A stretch of DNA of 42,500 nt. Source: Octopus bimaculoides (Eukaryota). A program made the position numbers and the translations under genes. This document shows, one piece after another, positions 36,630 through 42,500 of the stretch. Where the stretch lies: NCBI RefSeq assembly GCF_001194135.2, contig NC_068984.1, forward strand, positions 47,479,678 through 47,522,177, given 5' to 3'. The stretch's first letter is position 1, and each line of letters starts with the position of its first letter. The notes beneath the pieces are model-generated. The model did not search any database. It had not been told where the DNA came from and saw only the letters and a program-made list of their open reading frames with translations.

Positions 36630-37640
36630 TGCTGAGAAAATGCTAATATAAGAAATAAAAAGGACATGCAGTTATTGTATATGCGGAACATAACTATTTA
36701 CAAAATGCGAACTATATAAATGTTGCAAGATCTTTTGAATACAGAGTTCAGATGGAACATTGGAAATCTTTGGCAAGAATATTTCCAGTATATGAAAAAG
36801 AAAAAAAAAACATTGTAATCAATAACAAAGCACCACAATATTTCCAACGGGGTCAAACTACCGTCGATGATGATCGAAGAGAATCAATAAGAGTCATCGC
36901 CAAAGAAATTCAATTGCTGGAGTGAACTACCAGAGCTGTGGTGCACGAGGACATACGATACAAGTCTTATGTACTGAGGAGAGACACAGATAAAATGTTT
37001 TATCCGTGCCAAGCGGTTACTTAGGGCTAAAAACGCTAACAGACCTTGTAAGATTTAGGTCTTACTTCATAATATAAACTTCTACCAAAACCAGAAGTCT
37101 AATAGAAGAAATTACAAAGGCTGTACAGATCCTTCTGCTGCTCGACAGTGATACATACAAAGTTTCTAGCAACTGTGGTGGCTTTAGGAATGGTAACTAA
37201 GAGCACGTCATGTCATCTCATATATTTCCACATGATCTTAGAATTATTGCTACTGGGTAAGTAGAAATGCTAGAGATAATTGTTAAGTCCTGGGCAGATG
37301 AAGTACGGAATAGATAGTCATAGATGTTGGAACAAAACTCAGCGCCTCCTCACAAGCCCACGTAACCTAGGAATGGATATCATACCATCTTTACCATCAT
37401 AGAACACCAAATTTGTGACCTCCAAACTCCCCAGATTTAAATTCCACGGAATACCCGGTTTGAGACGATGCTGAAAGGAAGACTACTCAACATTCTCACA
37501 ATTCTATAGCTTCCCTGATAGCTACAATTGTCCAGCTGACGTCCCAAATGAATAAGAAATACATAGCGCAAGTGTGTCAGAAATTTCGGTACCGCATCGA
37601 AGCAATCATTGAAGACAAACAGTTGACGAACACACGCATA
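36630..37640 (+). mobile_element. Tc1/mariner-superfamily transposase relic, maT/DD37D-like
   Basis: Degenerate HAVIV..AEH...NVARSF at the N-terminus; LGMVT..HVMSSHIFPHDLR; EQNSAPPHK (resembles QQDSAPSHK); PPNSPDLNS; ACQxFRxRIEAII-like end (VCQKFRYRIEAIIE). No TIRs located. Confidence 0.78.
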
Positions 37641-38089
37641 TCTTATACAGAAAGCTTAGATTGCGACGATATAAATAAGAAGCAATGCAGCGGTGTTCTA
37701 ATACATTCTCATAACCGATACAAAACTTTAAGGCAATAAATTCCACACTTCATACATTCCCTACAAGCATATACCTTAACTTTTGGCCAAGAAGTGGGGC
37801 AATATTCATGACTCTTTACACATCTAAGAGATGGTTGCACGAGGGTCGGGTGGGAGCAAAGTACCATCAAGCTGGAGATCTGGCCCGAGTAACAGAATCT
37901 ACCCAAGATGCTACATAACCAACTGAGTAATTGATCAAGTATGCTATTTGGGCATGGTTGATGGAATATTTTTTTTAATCATACAAATGATATAGCACAT
38001 ATGGTGGTGCCGGAGGGAACAGAGTTTCAGCTTCATGAGCCGATGCCAGTAATCAAGGCTCGTCATGTCATATATATATACTTTTTTTT

Positions 38090-39125
38090 CTGATTGTGAA
38101 ACTGGAGTCTTCAGGAGATAATTCAAGCGGAATGAGTGATCTCTGATGAACAGAATCCAGTATATGGTGATCGATAGCGTGCAATCAAGCTCAGTAAAAG
38201 TCATTAGTGGAGTCCCACAAGGCACTATGTTGGGCCCACTTATCTTCATTATTTACTTTGATTATATCATACACAACATCAGACACAACATCATAAGAAT
38301 TTTCGCACGTGACTAAGCTCCTGAAGGGGTCAACAATGAAGGAATCCGGTCATATCTCTAATCTGACCTGCTTTCTGTTTACTCAAGAGGTGAAAGAACA
38401 CAATGCACAGTATACAGCTAAACGAGGATAAATTTGATTAATCTGCTTCTGAAAACGAGAATCAATTAAGCAACCATATAACTATCCAAAGGGCGAAACA
38501 CTCGTGGTATCAAATATCGCTAGAGATCAGGGAGTAACTATCGATGACAAGCTGCAGTTCCCATGAAACAGCAAAGTAGCCATGATCCGTAGGACGAGCT
38601 CCTGCGTCCTTCGGACGTTCCTGTTTAGGGAGACACCTATCATCATTCTTTTCTTCTCTATCATCGCCCGTCTTCATCTAGAATAATGTTGTCCACTGTA
38701 ACCTGCCTGTACGAAGTAGTGTACCACAAAATTGAAACGCCTCAGATCAGTTAGAAAAAATAGACATGTTGAACTTTGATTATTGGCATGGGCTCGATAA
38801 CTCTATATCATTTGTATTTGAGAGAAATGTTCCATCGTTTAATGATATTGGCATCCATTTAAAATTCACCCAAAGCTTAGACCCGTTGACTACCGTCCTC
38901 TCGAAAAGTTCAGCTTATATCACATCACAACCCTAAGACAGAATTATTTCATCTGAACTGGCTACGTTCTCTTTAATATCACGGCAAGGCACATGGCGAA
39001 AGAAAAAATTCTATAATCTTCAACAGTTTCCTCGATAATATTTTCCAACAAATTCCAGATAAATCACTAAGTCCTGGATATATATCTCTGCAAACAACTA
39101 TCCGAATGGGCTACAATTTCTAAAA
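38090..39125 (+). mobile_element. CR1/L2-group LINE relic, RT through ORF2 end; same family as 8985-9650
   Basis: VISGVPQGTMLGPLIFII (RT motif B); RDQGVTIDDKL; KIHPKL; ITTLRQNYF; QQIPDKS. Confidence 0.85.
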
Positions 39126-39219
39126 TACGACTGTAAAATAAAACGTGATTCAATGCCTTCTCCGGGAGGTGTTAATGAATTAGATATCTTTTGACCAGTA
39201 TTGGACTACACAATGACTA

Positions 39220-39229
<10 letters not shown>

Positions 39230-39263
<34 letters not shown>

Positions 39264-39266
39264 GAT

Positions 39267-39328
<62 letters not shown>
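39230..39328. repeat. (GA)n microsatellite
   Basis: Read directly from the sequence. Confidence 0.95.
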
Positions 39329-39329
<1 letters not shown>

Positions 39330-40736
39330 ACTGAAAATTCAATTTGAGAGTTAGAGAAATTGAAAAATATTCGTAACACATTGGGCCTTTGTTGAATTAC
39401 TTCAACTCTTTAGAGAGAAAACGAATGGAATTTCTTTCGACTAAATCGACAAGATTCTCTACACGGTCACCAGATCTGCCCTAAATAGCGGCCACAATTC
39501 GCCCAAATCAGACTTTATGCTAGTTAGATGGTATTGAACATCGTAGGCCTAAATAAACAAAATAGAATAGTTATGGCATATGTAGAACCTCTTTCATTAT
39601 AGGCTTATAAAATCAGAGATGATTGAGAGCTGAACACCACAAAAAGTGCATAACAAATAGTGTAGTTATTTATCTATTTATTTATTTATTTAAATTGTTG
39701 TTACTGTCACATTTGTTGCTACTGCTGCTGTTGTTGTACGTCTTCTTGTCCGAATAAGAATTAAGCATTGCGACTGAGGTGTTGGCGATTCTGAATAGTT
39801 TACAGTTACACAGTACCTAACGCCGTGCCATATGAGGTTTGAGTGACCTCTTAATAGATTCCATTTATTTTGTCTGAAACGTGTCTCCACTCTCCTAAAC
39901 CTCTCCCATCTAACTAACTATGGGATCTTGACAGATTTTTCAATTAGTAAACTAAATAAACATATGGTGCCAAGGGCCCGTCATTCTAAGAGCTCATCCA
40001 ACACAATCCCTCACAGGTTTTCTTGAAATTATAAATAACATCCGGAAGTCAACAACAAACCACAACAAACAGCAACTCGGCATACTCGCTAATAGCTGAA
40101 AAAGGGAAAATAACTAACGTAGAAGCACGCACATTAACGCAAACACACACACGCGCACGCACTATGATAACCTCAAAATACACAACACTTTTCTCTCTTC
40201 TAACGTGTATGTAAGTTTGTGCGCGCACACATATACATACCTACGTACGTAGGTATATGCGCATGCCTGTACATTTTTATAAGCGTAGACATGAGTACGT
40301 GCGTGTTCGTGCGTGTAAAGATAGGCAGACAGTTTCACAAACATACACAAACTTATATACATTCACACACACACACACACTTATAATCAAACACAAGCAT
40401 GATTGGATCGACATATGTCTGTCTTAGGCAAGAACCCAAGTAGCAGACACGTGTATGCGTATGTACGTGTCGATTATGCACACGTGTGAAGAAAATTGTG
40501 TTAGCGTATGTATATACGTAAGCTTAATGTGTAGGAGTATTTACAGGTATGATATGCAAAGACAAAAGAGTGTATATCTAGTTTTGTATGTATATAAGTT
40601 CACAAACAAGCATATAAATATAGTGTATAGAGGATAATGAAACAGTTCCTGGGCGCCATCTCATTGATTTACAACAAGGAAATAACAACAGTAACAACAA
40701 CATCAATAATAATAATAATTATTATTATTATTATAA

Positions 40737-41830
40737 TTCGTTCTAAATTTGGCACTACACTGGCAATTTTGAAGAGATACACTGACCCCAGTACTTAAGT
40801 GGTACTATACTTTATCAACACTAAAATTATAAGCGGTATTTGAACTAAGAACGTTGAGCACTGGAGAGAGATGTCGCCAAGCATTTTATTTAACGCGCTA
40901 ACGATACTACCAACTCGCTGCCTAAATGATAATAATAATAATAATAACAATAATGATAATAATAATGATGATAATAATAATAACAACAACAGCAATAAGA
41001 ATTATGGTTTCAAGTTTTGACAGAGGACCAACAATTTCAGGGGAGGGATAAGTCGATTATATCAACCTCAGGGCACAATTGTTATTTTTTTTTTTTTTTT
41101 ATCTACCTCGAAGAAAGGCAAAGTCGACCTCGGTGGAATTTGATCTCAGAACGGAAAGACAAACGAAATGCCGTAATGCAATCCACCTGGCGTGCTTAAC
41201 AATTCTACCAGCTCGCAGCACGTAAGGCGCATTCGAACTCGCAGCCCATCGTCGTGAATTCACACCCACGTACCATAATAATAATAATAATGACAGTGTT
41301 TTTACTTACAATAATAATTCTTTCTACTGGAAACACAAAACCTCAAATTTAGGGGAAGAGATTAAGTCGATTTTAGGAGAAGGGATTAAGTGCATAATTT
41401 AGGGGAAGGGGTTAAGTGCGTAACTGGTACTTAATTTATCGACCCCCAAAGGATGAAAGGCAAATCGACCCCGATGGCATTTGAACTCAGAACATAAAGA
41501 CAGAGGAAATATCGCTAAGCATTTCGCCCGGCGTCCTAACGTTTCTGCCAGCTCACCGCCTTACTTATAATACTAGTAATGTTAAGAGTTATAGTAATAA
41601 CAACAATAAAAACAGCATCACCAACGACGATTTTCAACATATGCCAAATGCATAAACTTTAAGGAGTTGTTACAATCGATTAGTTTGATATCAATTTTCA
41701 CGCGGTACTGATGTTATTGACATCGAAAGATTAAAGGAAACGATGACCATGGTGAGATTCGAAATGATTATCTACTAAAAACTAAAAACTGCAAAGCATT
41801 TTATTTAACGTTATTCTGTTTCCACTAATT
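40737..41830 (-). mobile_element. Stack of four same-orientation family-A SINEs (about 40737-40923, 41011-41218, 41318-41563 and 41640-41830) separated by (AAT)n-type tracts
   Basis: Each carries reverse-complement family-A blocks such as ggcaaagtcgacctcggtggaatttgatctcagaac and ttctgccagctcaccgcctt; the copies differ visibly in degree of decay. Confidence 0.85.
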
Positions 41831-42447
41831 CTAGAAATAATTTTTGACATTACTATTATGGCAGAAATTACAATTATTATAATCATTACTGTTATTAAAA
41901 GCAGACAGAAGACAACACTCTGAGATGAAAAAGAAAGTGTGGAAGTGGAAGCGTACATACATATCTATGCCCGCCAAAAAAGCGAAGAAACAAATAACAA
42001 AAATAAAAGAGTTTTTTCTGAAGACCAGTAAAACGTTTGCACGTTTTAAATAACAAAATAACAACACCGACTGCAGTAATGCTTTCACAGAGAAAAACAA
42101 ATGAAGAAAAAGAGAACTACTACAACAATAGCATTGATGGGTAGAATACGCAAGTTTAGAGAGGAAATTCCAAACAGAAATTCTTCCCATAACCCCTAAG
42201 ACATAATTTTCTTCCAATTTACCAAAATACCAAGAGCAAGATTTGATCTAAATCTTGTTATCACACAACTCACAGTTTGTGTATACCAAAAATACATTGA
42301 TATTTAGGTTATGTATACGTAATTACATTTATACATTTTCACTAGTTTATAACATTTATCTTCAGAGCTTCTTTTATAAGGTTGTGTGTCTCTTGTGCGT
42401 CTATATTTTACATGCATATATTTCTAAACGAATTTTAAATAAATGCG

Positions 42448-42451
<4 letters not shown>

Positions 42452-42500
<49 letters not shown>
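42452..42500. repeat. (CT)n microsatellite at the window end
   Basis: Read directly from the sequence. Confidence 0.97.

Noticed and set aside
41831-42217. 128-aa hydrophobic ORF resembling a membrane protein
   Set aside because: Hydrophobicity comes from a T-rich low-complexity strand; it ends in an AAT-type repeat and shows no motif.
1-42500. CRISPR arrays, operons, rRNA or other prokaryotic systems
   Set aside because: No regularly spaced repeat-spacer array, low coding density, and a fully eukaryotic repeat landscape.

Overview
AT-rich eukaryotic genomic DNA, intronic or intergenic in character, with seven N-gaps, most of them bordered by microsatellites. The SINE families and microsatellite load look like an octopus (cephalopod) draft assembly; this is an inference from recognising the repeats. 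I found no host gene with a recognisable domain, and no rRNA, tRNA gene or CRISPR array. Almost all ORFs in the supplied track are microsatellite, gap or transposon artefacts. Well-supported content: a Penelope-like RT fragment (15.2-16.2 kb), four CR1/L2/Jockey-group LINE relics, an L1/Tx1-like LINE relic, a pogo/Tigger relic, a maT/DD37D-like mariner relic, and about 20 tRNA-derived SINE copies in three families. Observations worth follow-up: (1) a minus-strand recursive-splice-like site (branch point, T-rich tract, CAG|GTAAGT) at 14196 with a downstream donor; (2) a LINE whose RT domain appears removed by an in-frame deletion; (3) head-to-tail SINE stacks on (ATT)n tails, plus a perfect 19-bp target-site duplication that begins with ATTATTA; (4) a hairpin module shared by two SINE families; (5) an 89-bp duplicated, stem-forming unit; (6) a speculative four-exon minus-strand ORF. 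I cannot claim a new biological system from sequence alone.
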